A stretch of 54,273 nucleotides of DNA from Octopus bimaculoides (Eukaryota): NCBI RefSeq assembly GCF_001194135.2, contig NC_069003.1, forward strand, positions 33,508,556-33,562,828, given 5' to 3'. Positions within the stretch are counted from its first letter, which is position 1. Each line of letters opens with the position of its first letter. The notes under the pieces are model-generated. The model did no database searches, was not told the origin of the DNA, and saw only the letters and a program-made list of their open reading frames with translations. Positions 11,717-23,738 of the stretch are shown here, one piece after another. The position numbers and the translations under genes were made by a program.

Positions 11717-12089
11717 ATATTACCAAGCAGTCATTGAATTGCATTGCTTAAAAGTAGACATGCCCCATATGAGGTATGTCTGGTCTATCAGTGTTTCGTC
11801 AAATTTAACTGATTGACTACAGACATGTTATATGTGTGTGTGTGTGTGTGTGTTTAAGTCATGCAGGGCTGAATCATTCACTGTTTAAGTAAAAATAGAA
11901 GCACTGTAGAATATAATGAGTCTTTTGCTTGTACACATTGTTTGTATGCATGTGAGTGTATATGTGGCCAGCAGGGTCTGATGAGTTGCCTGTATTGCCA
12001 AGTGCAAGACTAGATGTGAAACCAAAGGTAACTTTCTCACCAGCCATAACCAACGACTACATACTACATAATATATGTATGTTTGTGTA

Positions 12090-12150
<61 letters not shown>

Positions 12151-12388
12151 GTGTGTGTGTGTATATACATGTATATATCTATGTGTGTGTGTTTAATTAT
12201 AAGATCCAAGGGTCGAAGTGTAGGAAGTTTGTAAGCTTCGAGCAGTCTGTGGTAGGTGTAATAAAACAATGTTCAGGAACAATAGAAATTTACTGGTGTC
12301 GATAGTTTTTCCCATGTTAAAGTCTGATAAGCTGAAAAAATTTTTTATAGCTCACCGTTAGCAACTTTAGTTGCTATCAATGCAAATA

Positions 12389-12732
12389 AGGATCCAAATT
12401 GAGGGAGTGGAGCAGGTAAAATCTAGACTACATATGTTTCCTAGCTAGCAGATCCTCTGATGTAAGCATTACTTAATGAGCTAGCTACTCATCAGGTTGA
12501 AGATACCTTAATTGTATGAAGGTTACGCTGTCGTTAAGGAATCCCAAGTTAAACTCATTGAGGATATAATGTAACAACAACAATGTAACTTTCTTATAAT
12601 TAAAGTATCTCTGGCCTGATGATTAGCTAGTGGAGTACCCCTCATTGAGTAATTATTACATCAGAGGATCTGCTAGCTAGGAAACATATGTAGCCTGGAT
12701 TTTACCTGCTCCACTCCCTCAATTTGGATCCT
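12389..12732. mobile_element. ~345-bp MITE with long TIRs and TA target duplication (Tc1/mariner-like)
   Basis: aggatccaaattgagggagtggagcaggtaaaatc...gatcctctgatgtaa matches the reverse complement of 12655-12732; TA at 12387-88 and 12733-34. Confidence 0.8.
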
Positions 12733-12769
<37 letters not shown>

Positions 12770-13436
12770 GAATACACACATACATGTATGTGAGTATGTA
12801 TGTATATTATATATATATATATATGTAAACAGCAAATTGTTCCTGTGGTTTTGTCAGTGAACATACTGGAGTGATTCTTACACTTAGGTATTGGCATTTG
12901 TTACACTGTTAATATATCTCTCTACACAGCTCTGTGAATATTGAGTACTTCAATTACTAACATTTTTCCATCACTGTGTGTATGTCTGTCTGGCTATATA
13001 TATATATTAGTATGTGTATATATATGTGTATGTGTGCATGCAATCATTGCTGTTGCACAACTGAAGACTTGGTCTTTTGTGTTACTCTCTTTCTTCAAGA
13101 TGCAGTTCAATGATTGCTTATTTTTTTTGTTTTTGATAATAATAATAATAATTATTATTATATTATCATAGTCTGTTGTTGCTGTTTGATCTATCAGCTT
13201 AGATCAATCAGATGTATGATGAAAAGCATTCCAGCTATGACCACCCTGTTTTGTTTTTTTTGGTTATCAATTTTCTTTTTTCCAGATGATATGGTTTGAT
13301 ACGAGGAAGATTAGTTACTGTTTCTAGGAGTTTGTGCAAACACATAGAGGGTCTCATGTTTGTCAAGAGTTTTTTTGTTGATATTGTGTGCACATAGGTG
13401 CGTGGGGATGTGTGTGTATATGTGTGTATATGTATG

Positions 13437-13504
<68 letters not shown>

Positions 13505-13651
13505 CATGTGTATATGTTCATATAAGCATCTATGTGCTCACATACACACGTGTATGTGTGGGTATATATATTATGTATAGATACTAATATGCACATGGAT
13601 GTACATGGAGGCACACATGTATTCATTTTTGCACACATATCTCTTCTTGTC

Positions 13652-13657
13652 TTTATT
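13652..13657 (-). terminator. AATAAA polyadenylation hexamer overlapping the stop codon of claudin-like gene 1
   Basis: Minus strand GAA TAA A = AATAAA. Confidence 0.35.
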
Positions 13658-14011
13658 CGCTCGATGATGGAAATTCACCGTTGGCTTCAAGCTGTTTGTT
13701 AAATTCTGGACTCATATTGGCATCGACCACCATGGCTGGGTTATCGGCCATGTAGTGGGCTCCCATGATTTCCTCGTATGAAGGTGGCGGGTCGCAGTAG
13801 GGCGGTGGTGATATAACGGATACACTTGGGTCATGGTTGTTTGTTCGGTTGTCCTGACCAGATGTTGGCATTCGTTTGACACAGTGGTAAGACAAGGCGC
13901 CACCGATACAGAACAAGATGAAGCTGAGACCACAGAGAAATGTTCCAGTAAGGATGCTGCTTGGTGAAGTCTTTATTACCAATATTAGGATTCCTATGTT
14001 TATGAATATGG
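13653..14011 (-). CDS. Claudin/PMP22-clan tetraspan protein, terminal coding exon 3 (TM3 end, TM4, PY-motif tail)
   Basis: Acceptor ttttttcctttttttaacAG|cc, phase 1. Encodes (A)IFINIGILILVIKTSPSSILTGTFLCGLSFILFCIGGALSYHC...SPPPYCDPPPSYEEI...SSSE, stop TAA 13655-13653. Spliced CDS 208+177+359=744 nt, 247 aa, open frame. Confidence 0.85.
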
Positions 14012-14224
14012 CTGTTAAAAAAGGAAAAAAAGGAAAATAGATTAGAATAGAATTAAATATTTTCAATTAAAGAATGTTGATTTTTGTAGAAAGAATGGAA
14101 AGAGATTAGTTGGATACATTGACTGCCCTCCGCCAGTACTAGACTGGTACTCTATTTTATCTCCCTCCCCATCAAGGTGGTGGTGGGGGCAGTGAAGGGC
14201 AAAATTGATGTTGACAGGAATTAA

Positions 14225-14443
14225 CCGTTTAGCATTCAGCTTACTCAGTCAAATGTAATTCTTATTTATTCACATTGGTATCAATTAATCATGCCTAATC
14301 TTGTAACTTTGAGATTTCGATGGTGTGATTGCTTATGTTAGCATTATATTGTCGGGTGGGTGTGAGAGGCCAGATCTGGCCAGTTTGAAGATAAAACAGG
14401 TGGATTATTTTGGCTGGATGTGGCTGGTTTAAAGGTTAAAGGG
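14225..14443. mobile_element. piggyBac-type MITE
   Basis: TTAA|ccgtttagcattc ... ggttaaaggg|TTAA (14221-24, 14444-47). Confidence 0.65.
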
Positions 14444-14543
14444 TTAAGGGTTTCTTTGAAATGTAGAAAATCTACCCCAGAACTAGAAAATCTACCCTAA
14501 ATTCCCTCTCACCCATGCAAGCATGGAAAAGTGGACATTAAAG

Positions 14544-14578
<35 letters not shown>

Positions 14579-15189
14579 TAAGTTTGAAATATTTGAAAGA
14601 GCGGTCTTTTAGTCAACTGATAAAATCAACCTGACTATACTGTACGGTGTGGAAGAGAATCAGGACAATTGAGTACCACAATGTACTCTCCAATGTACGA
14701 GGGAGTTAAGGCAATAGAGTACCACCTTAGAGCCTCCCTGAAGCAATTCCTCTTAATCCTAACTCATCAATTAGTTTCTTTTCTTTCATTACTTATATAT
14801 AACCATACACCTGTAACCATACGATCATTGCTGTTGTTTTTCGTTTAACCCCAGGTCAGTCCTGGTTGACCAGACTTATTTTATCAAGAATCAAAAAGGA
14901 CAGTCAATGAACAATTACCACAAGGCATTTTCTCTGCTGTTGAGTGTTTGACTAACTTATACCAGTCACCTTCAGCTGTGGTGAAGAGTGTGACCTGACG
15001 TGGTGCTGACCTACTTTTTGAAACCACAGAGATTGAGGTGGGACGGGGGGGGGATGAGGTGATACAGGTTTTTTTTTTTCACCTGAGTGATAAAGACATG
15101 TCCGCCAGGTATAAATCATAATAATAATAATATTGATGATAATAATAATAATCATCATCATCGTTCTGCTACATCTAGCATTAATCACT

Positions 15190-15227
<38 letters not shown>

Positions 15228-15309
15228 TCACAAACTTATAATCATTTGTCATTGCTGTCAAATAGAATATTTATTTTATAGTTTCCCATTAAAGTTGCAT
15301 ACTTACATG

Positions 15310-15368
<59 letters not shown>

Positions 15369-15442
15369 AGTTTGTTATAACATTTAAAACAATATGCAAA
15401 TATTTTTGTTGCACTCCTGAATAAAGACAGGATTATCATTGT

Positions 15443-15493
<51 letters not shown>

Positions 15494-15780
15494 CACTACT
15501 CATAATAATGAGTGACATATAAGGAGATATTAAAGGACATTTACATTCATCATTATCCATTGTCCATTAACATCCGTTTTTCTGTGCTGGTATGGGTTGG
15601 ACAGTTTGGCAGGAGCTGTCCAGACTCCAGTGGACAGAGGTGAACACTCCTGGTTTGGGAAAATCAGAAATATGGAGAAGCTTTGGAATTAAAGATTCTG
15701 GAAAATCCATGTTGTACCTGTCTATCTCCTAGTTGTGTCTGCTGACCTACAGGTGTACACTGAAAGTACGTCGATGACAG

Positions 15781-15900
15781 GGTGCTGAAATGTTCTTGGC
15801 TTTAAGGGTATCATGAAAGGCTGGTTGGATGCCCAACCTTCCAAGGTCCTTTATAAGGCTTAGAAAAACTGAAGGACCACTGCAATAAGTGCCTGAATCA
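15781..15900 (+). mobile_element. Partial mariner-derived MITE
   Basis: TIR ggtgctgaaatgttcttggcttt; body is the reverse complement of the 54061-54266 element. Confidence 0.7.
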
Positions 15901-16568
15901 CTTGCAAGGCTTTGGTCGGCCTGAGGCTATAGTAGAAGACACTTGCCCAAGGTGTTACACAGTGGGATTGAACCTGGAATTATGTGGTTGGGAAGCAATT
16001 GCCTTAGCATACAGCCACCCTTCTGCATATTTACACACATTATATATATATATGTGTGTGTGTGTTACTGTCTCTTTGCTTTGATTCTATGTGACTGTTG
16101 TAAACAAATGCCACCATCATGCAAGCAGTGTCGTTTGTTTCCAGTCTTCCACAAAAACATATCTGGCCATGGAGAAACACTGCCTTACTTAGAAACAGGT
16201 GAGGGTTGGCGAGAGCATGGAAAAGTGGACATTAAACAATGGTGATGATGAGGATGGTTTGTTTATAACCCAGTTTCTTCAGCTCTGGATGTCAAACTAA
16301 AAACACTATTCAACAAACATGTCTTCTCTCACCCCCACCCCCTGCTGGCGCATCATGGATCCTTTCATAATCTCTTTGTGTCCTCTTACTGTGCCACATT
16401 CACACCCAACATAAACTAGATTTGTGATAAGACACATTTGAAATGTGTTTCCATTATATATATATCAAACTTACTATTTCACCGGTTGGCAGTCATTTTC
16501 TGGTTTAACAAGCTTTCATCAAATCACTTCAGCCCTCACCAACAAAAGCAGTCCACCTCTTCTATGTA

Positions 16569-16609
<41 letters not shown>

Positions 16610-17073
16610 GTATACACACACACACACACAATGTAGAAGTTGTTTAGCCCCAGGTCAGTCTCTATCAAACAGGTCTATGATGAAAACTATTTCAAGACAC
16701 TCCTGTCTTATGCATATCTAGGACTACACATTCTAATGTGTCCAATTTCTTGTAGACTGAGCTGCCACATGGAAGCTCTCTTACTGGCTCATTGTCAGTG
16801 TAGTTGGTGATGATTGTGGTGGCGGCGCCAGTAGTGATGGTCATGATGATGTTGGTGATAATGGTAGTGGTAGTTGTGGTGGTGATAGTAGAGGTGCTGG
16901 TGGTAGGTGCTGGTTGGTTGGTTGGTTGGTTGGTAGCAGTAAACATACAGGTAGAAGTCGAACTAGTGTTGTTGTTGTTGTAGTTATTAAATATTTAGTA
17001 AAAGTAACATTTAGGTCAACAGTTCTAATATAAGATGGTGGAAAATGTCATTAGCAAGATGCACACACACACA

Positions 17074-17109
<36 letters not shown>

Positions 17110-18149
17110 GCAGAAGCAGTACACCTTTATATCTACTTGACATTAGGTAAGCCTCCACATGGTCGCTTGATTTGCTAGAAATAACAGCCAAATTTTCCTG
17201 CACTCATAACCTACATTTAACCCTTTTCTTACCATATTTCTGTTGAGAAAGACTGCCTTTGCTTTCAATTAACTTAGAATGCAATCAAGTTAAGTCTTCG
17301 ACTAGGCATATATATATATAGGAACNNNNNNNNNNNNNNNNNNNNNNNNNNNNNNNNNNNNNNNNNNNNNNNNNNNNNNNNNNNNNNNNNNNNNNNNNNN
17401 NNNNNNNNNNNNNNNNNNNNNNNNNNNNNNNNNNNNNNNNNNNNNNNNNNNNNNNNNNNNNNNNNNNNNNNNNNNNNNNNNNNNNNNNNNNNNNNNNNNN
17501 NNNNNNNNNNNNNNNNNNNNNNNNNNNNNNNNNNNNNNNNNNNNNNNNNNNNNNNNNNNNNNNNNNNNNNNNNNNNNNNNNNNNNNNNNNNNNNNNNNNN
17601 NNNNNNNNNNNNNNNNNNNNNNNNNNNNNNNNNNNNNNNNNNNNNNNNNNNNNNNNNNNNNNNNNNNNNNNNNNNNNNNNNATATATATATATATATATA
17701 TACATACAACATGAATACTTTTTGTCTCTTGTTCTGTAACTAATACTTCTTTATATATATATATATATGTGTGTGTCTTTGTGTCTGTGTTTGGGACATG
17801 CTCAACTGGCTAAAGTCAAACAACTGACAAGCAAATCTGTGGTATTGAGCAGAATATATTTGCTGTAGCCCATCTTTTACACCAAGACAAAACAATGTAC
17901 ATGATAATACTTCTAATTAGTTAAGATGAGAAGCCATGAGAGCCACTGCCTGGTACTGCATCAGGGCATTTATTATTATTATTATTATTAAGTTCCGGGG
18001 TCAATGTAATTGACTAACCTCCCCTCCCCTCTAAAACTGCTGGTTTTGTGCCAAAATTTGAAACCATTATTATTAACAATGTTGTTCTTGTTGTGGATGA
18101 CAGAATTGGTATTGCGCCAGAAAACTACTATGCAGTATACACGGTGAAT

Positions 18150-18845
18150 GTTTAATAAGTATTGAGAGGTTAAATGCATTATTTTCTGACAAAACAACTT
18201 TCAACAAGACATGCTATCAAGCAACTGACAAGAATAACGGTTTCACCAACACTATCTACCAACTACCCTAAAAACACAGGCAACAAAAATGTTATATGAT
18301 ATAACCCACCTTACAACATATGTGTTACAAAACATTCCACTAAAGTGCTCAACAAAAACAACATTAAAATGAACTGCAGCTATGTGGAAAAGATGTTTTG
18401 TGTCATTATGAAGCACAATGCAAAATATTGCAAACAAATGGTGCTGGCATGCAACTGTTAAATAAATAAGAATGTCATCTCCTAAAGAGTAACACCAAGA
18501 GAAAAGCATTGCATACTGTGCTGATGTCTTTCCCCACCAACAGAAACACATCTGCAAATTACAGAGGGCTTGCAGAACACGCTTTCAGAAGTTTCCTGCA
18601 CTAGCTTAATAACTAATTCAATCATTGCCAACTGGGAAACACCACAGTAATTTCTAAGTATATTTGGAAATTGAGAGAAAAACCATGGACATTTCATGGC
18701 AGTTCTTCCCCCAAGCCTTTTCTTTGTCTGCAGACAAACTTTATAAAGCAATAACAAATTTTTTTTCCTGTCTTTTAAATTTTCAGTGTTAGAAAAGATA
18801 TAACGATGTTGCAGAAGTGAGGCATCAAATATCTCAATAGACAAT
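18150..18845 (+). pseudogene. Decayed Penelope-like retroelement (RT thumb/linker + GIY-YIG endonuclease)
   Basis: Frameshifted motifs in the expected order: RLNALFSDKTTFNK; NVI*YNPPYN (18288-, cf. WYNPPY); KVLNKNNIKMNCSY..KHN; CNC; KSIAYCADV; YRGLAEHAF (YIG half); NTTVISKYIWKLREK. Confidence 0.75.
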
Positions 18846-19232
18846 AATGGTTGCTAGGTAACAATTAAAATCATTGTATACTAATGAAAAAAGCTGTTAC
18901 TGACTCAAGAGAGTTAACCAAGCATAAAACGTGTGTTAGTGTATCAATAAACATCAATATGTATCTATAATTTATCAATAAATAATGAAACAGAGCAGTA
19001 ACAAGGGCAGTGGAATGGGAGAAATATAACGATACAAGTCTAAATGGCTTGTGGGATAGAGTAGCTGTTACATTACTTTAGCTACTGAGTTCAAATCCTG
19101 CCAAGGTCAACTTCCTTCTTTATCCTTCAGTGAAGTACCAGGGTTAAATTAATTGTCTTTTACTCCTAAATTTGTGGCCTTGGCCTAAGACAGAAATAAT
19201 ATTATTTCTATCAATATCTAAATTATTCATTC

Positions 19233-19490
19233 AGGTATGGCTGTGCAGTAAGAAGTTTGCTTCCTAACCACATGGTTCTGGGTTCAGTCCCACTACTGTA
19301 GCACCTTGGGCCAACCAAAGCCTTGTGAGTTGATTTGGTAGAAGAAAACTGGGAAAAGCCCATCATATGTATGTGTGTGTGTGTATATATAAACATACAT
19401 ATATATCAATTTGTGTGCGTCTGTGTTTATCCTTTGTCACTGCTTGACAACTGGTGTTAGTATGTTTATGTCCTCGCAACTTAGTGGCTC
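19233..19490 (+). mobile_element. tRNA/CORE SINE family G (internal GT/TA microsatellite), truncated
   Basis: ggctgtgcagtaagaagtttgcttcctaaccacatggttctgggttcagtccc..gcaccttggg; matches 47075-47500. Confidence 0.75.
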
Positions 19491-20834
19491 AGCAATGTCT
19501 ACCTCTCTGTCAATCTGTTACTCTCTCTCTCCTGTCAGTGTGTGTATCTTATTTCACCCATTTTGTATTATATAACATTTGCACATTTTTTTTTTTTACA
19601 CTTATAAATTAGAGACAAAATTATATGCAATCTTGGAAATGTAAGCCGACATGTGCAACCTACATATACTGAATAGCAAACAACCATACACATGCATTCA
19701 TTCATGCATGCACAGCAGCATACAAAAACACCATTGTCCTTATGACACAAAAGACAATATATTTAACCACCTTTACTACTCCTTCTCGCTCTTACCCACA
19801 AGGACAGTGGCCTAGTTTGAGGAGCACTGGGATGGAACCTTTATTCCACTTAATGAAATTCAGTGAACTGTTAGTAGTTATGAATGCTGACAGTTTCACA
19901 TAAAACCACTACAATTTACTAACAGGTGTCAGATCACCATTGAAGTCTTATGAACACTCCTTGCTTTCATTTGTTAACTCAACAAAAAAAGTAAATCTTT
20001 ATCTTCTGTAATCAGCCTGACTATTGTAGTAATCAAATTTCCCCTGACAAACTTCTTACCATCCTCAATACTTTACCAAATCCAGCCAATATATTCTACC
20101 AGTTCAAACCAGCTCAATCTGGTTACTCACACCCATCATAATGATATTGACAGCAAAAACCAGATCACTACATTTATCAGAGTAAAACTTGTCTCAAAGC
20201 TGAACTGGGAAAATTAAGTGGAAAGAAAAAACAAAAACCCCAGAAAATAAATATCCTTTTCTACTCTAGGCACAAGGCCCGAAATTTTGGTGGAGGGAGC
20301 CAGTTGATTAGATCGACCCCAATATGCAACTAGTACTTAATTTATTGACCCCGAAAGGATGAAAGGCAAAATCGACCTCAGCAAAATTTGAACTCAGAAC
20401 ATAAAGGCAGATGAAATACCGCTAAACATCTCGCCTGGCGTGCTAATGTCTCTGCCAACTTGCCACCTAAACCCAGAAAATAAATGAAGATGAACTGCAA
20501 TAGTTAAAAGAACAATAAATCCTTGGTCCTTGAAGGCTTTAGCTGAACAAATCAACCCCCAGGACATTTTTTTAAAGCCTGGTATTTATTCTATTGATGT
20601 CTTTTGATGAACCACTACATAGATAAATCTTGCAGCCAGGAATGAAAGCCCCCACCTCCACTTGGCGGACAACTATAGACTAGTGGTCTATTTAAAGCCA
20701 AACGCCTGCAACAGCCATTCTGAGTTCATTCAGGTGAGTGAATGATGAACAGGCAGGTGAAACAGGTAGAAAGTGGAGAATGTGGGGGAATCTATGTGAA
20801 ACAACTTGTAATTAATAAAATAAAATAAAAATGT

Positions 20835-20915
20835 ACATTATTTACATTATATACATTTGACGGATATTTGTCCTCATCTTGTTTGTTGTTAACACAATGT
20901 TTCGGCTGATATACC
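20835..20915 (-). mobile_element. SINE family D 3' fragment (3' half of the hammerhead motif)
   Basis: Reverse complement tatatcagccgaaacattgtgttaacaacaaacaagatgaggacaaatatccgtcaaatg. Confidence 0.8.
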
Positions 20916-21339
20916 TGCAAAGTGGTTGGTGTTAGGAATGGCATCCAGCTGTAAAAGCCCTGCCAAAAGACCACAACAGAAACATCAGTTTTCCTCTGAA
21001 GTCCTTGACTAATGACCATCTTAAGATTTCATACTGGCAAACAGTTGATTTGAAATTATTTTCAGGAGACAGAGATGAAATTTCATCAAAAGAAATGTTA
21101 ATATTTGATATTTGAGAGCAGCATTTGGGAAAAGTGTTTTATAAATGAAAAATATTCACATGAATTGTATTAGTATGTTGCCATGTGAAAGCTATAAATA
21201 CCTAGGTATTGATGAATGGGTATAAATACCTAGGTATTGACAAAGGTACTGGGAATAAAATTGAAATTGACAAAGGCTGTAGAAAAAAAATCCATTCCAT
21301 CTGACATGAAACGACAGCTTCTACAGGAAAATTGATGTT

Positions 21340-21720
21340 GATCATCATCATTTAATGTCTGTTTTTCATGCTGGCATGGGTTGGATGGTTTGACTGAAGA
21401 CTGGCAAGCTGCACCAGATTCCAATCTGATCTGGCATGGTTTCGATGGGTGGATGCCTTTCCTAATGCCAACCACTCCAAGAGTGTAGTGGGTGCTTTTA
21501 CGTGCCACTGGCATAGGTTTCACTGAGGTGACACTGGCATCAGCCATGACTACGATCTCACTTGGTTTGACAGGTCTTCTCATGCATGGTATATTAGCAA
21601 AGGTCTCAGTCACCTGTCACTGTCTCCATGAGGCCCAACATGTGAATGGTGCTTTTTATGTGCCACTGGCACAGGTGCCAATCAGACAGCTCTGGTATCA
21701 GTCATGACTACGATTTCACT
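21340..21720 (-). mobile_element. RTE-type non-autonomous repeat family C
   Basis: (ATG)n tail, ccatgccagcatg 3' end and ttggcattaggaaaggcatcc segment, shared with 22905-23275, 29035-29340, 36607-36965, 41769-42025. Confidence 0.75.
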
Positions 21721-21926
21721 TGGCTGACTTTGGCCACAACAGGCATCAATATTTCTCAGAGGTAGAAAAAGTTTTAAGCCATTTCATACAAACTTTGAGT
21801 ATTACTCATACAGTTGCTGCTAACATAGATTTGAGAACAGGGGGTGCAGAAGATGCACTTGCACCCCCTAAAATTTTGTAAGTGCAGTGAAAATGCTTTG
21901 AACTTCCTGGGTTGGATCTGAGTTTC

Positions 21927-21957
<31 letters not shown>

Positions 21958-21991
21958 GGAGAGAAAAAATGAGAAAGAGAGATGTACTGAC

Positions 21992-22168
21992 CTGTGATAA
22001 TTTGCAAGAAGGAAGAGACCAGCCCTAGTTTTCTGGCAATTACAAGATGTTTGGTCCTCATCGGTCCCAGCAGCACTAACCACATCAGCATGATGGCAAT
22101 GAGCAGGATACCAAACCCTGCCCCAGCAACTTCAAACAGCCGTGTAAATACTAACCAAGTAGGGGTCA
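21992..22168 (-). CDS. Claudin/PMP22-clan tetraspan protein, coding exon 2 (TM2 + start of TM3)
   Basis: Acceptor tatatttttcAG|tg, donor ACAG|gtcagt, 177 nt, phase 1/1. Encodes (M)TPTWLVFTRLFEVAGAGFGILLIAIMLMWLVLLGPMRTKHLVIARKLGLVSSFLQIIT. Confidence 0.85.
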
Positions 22169-22904
22169 CTGAAAAATATAAATGGTGGTAGAAGTCAGAA
22201 ACATAGGCTTGGGTGCAGGGGATGTAAGTGCATCTGCCCTGCCCAAATTCTTTGACAGGGGTCAATGCAGATGCTTTGAACATCCTCCTGAAAAACTTCA
22301 TGGCCAAAACCAATGAGCATAGAGACATTTTTGGACAGATTTAAGGCATTACTTTTCCATTATTGAATTTTTTCTGATTTGGTTGAATTACAAATATAAC
22401 AACATAATAATAATTATTATTATTGCTCCTGTTTATAACAAAAGAGATAGTATGGTGGACCCGTTTGAAAGGGCTAAAGACAGACACTTTCCTCTTTGGC
22501 CAAAGCCCTCATCAACTTTTTCAAAGTTTTACTTGAAAAGGAAGTTGAGGGTGGAGAGGGCAGTGTTGTCTTGTAGCAAGTTTGTTGAAAGTTGGGTGAA
22601 TGTTGGAAGACTGGCCAGTGTCAATGGACCAATTCTGAGTGTGCACCTGTAAAAACAAAAAACAAAAAAAAAAGGAGAAGGGTTTTTGCTCTGTTTTTCA
22701 GGCTTAGCGGCATTTTGTCTGTCTTTACATTCTCAGTTCAAATTCTGCTGAGGTTGACTTTGCCTTTCATCCTTTCGATGATGGCCACAAATCTAAATTT
22801 ATAACCAGGGTAGCCCACAGTCTACATAAAGTATCTTTGGATCATCGGACAACATGCCGTGCTTGAGGAGACCCATTGAGTCAAGTAAATCAAATCAAAT
22901 CAAA

Positions 22905-23275
22905 TCAAATGGAAATTGTAGTTGTGGCTGATGCCAGTGCCACCTGACTGGCTCCCATGTTGGTGGCACGTAAAAAGCAACATCCGAACGTGATTGATAT
23001 CAGCCCCCTTGCCCCAACTGGCTCCTGCACAAGTGGTATGTAAAAAGTACCATCCGAACGTGGCTGATGCCAGGCCCACCTGACTGGCTCCTGTGCTGGT
23101 GACACGTAAAAGCACCCACTACACTCTCAGAGTGGTTGACATTAGGAAGGGCATTCAGCTGTAGAAACTCTGCCAGATCAGATTGGAGCCTTGTGCGGCC
23201 TCTTGGCTTGCCAGTACCCAGTCAAACTGTCCAACCCATGCCAGCATAGAAAACGAACGTTAAACGCTGATGATG
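22905..23275 (+). mobile_element. RTE-type family C copy with three internal 66-70 bp tandem units
   Basis: Units start at 22924, 22990 and 23060 (gtggctgatgcc...ggtggcacgtaaaaagcaccatccgaac). Confidence 0.8.
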
Positions 23276-23687
23276 GTACAAGAGCTGTATATGCATGTGT
23301 GTGTGTGTGTGTGTGTGTGTGCCTATGTGTTTGTACTCGAGGTCAAAGACAAGGATACAAAAGAAAACGATGGAAGGCATTGTAACCATTCACTTATCAC
23401 CAAGTACAAAATAAGCATATGGGTTTGTATGGACATGTATGAGTGTATGTATTCATGTGTGTGCTTGCATATTTATGAGTATATGTATGTACACACACAC
23501 ACTCGTACACATACACACACAAGTGTGTACTAATAAATGTGGATGTGTGTGTGTGTTAACCTAAAGTGTTTAAGGTCACAGAGTATGACGTCAATGAAAT
23601 CTTTGTAATTGTCCACTTAAATTGTATATAATACAAATACATATATATATATTTATATACATACACACACATGTGGTTTTGTGTGTA

Positions 23688-23738
<51 letters not shown>

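Noticed and set aside
13653-14011. PMEPA1/TMEPAI-like identity suggested by PY motifs next to a BMP7-like gene (the two are neighbours on human 20q13)
   Set aside because: PMEPA1 is single-pass with a Smad-interaction motif between its PY motifs; this protein has four TMs, a claudin-type ECL1 and adjacent PY motifs
19900-20200. Possible CR1/L2 LINE relics (also 37000-37600 and 40340-40800)
   Set aside because: The composition is suggestive, but no diagnostic motif could be read by manual translation; needs blastx
22169-22328. N-terminal part of ORF 21774-22328
   Set aside because: It lies upstream of the acceptor at 22170-22169 in intronic, repeat-like sequence; only 22168-21992 fits the gene model
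22905-23110. CRISPR-like array of ~66-bp periodic repeats
   Set aside because: The units are whole tandem repeats without unique spacers, in a eukaryotic context with no cas genes
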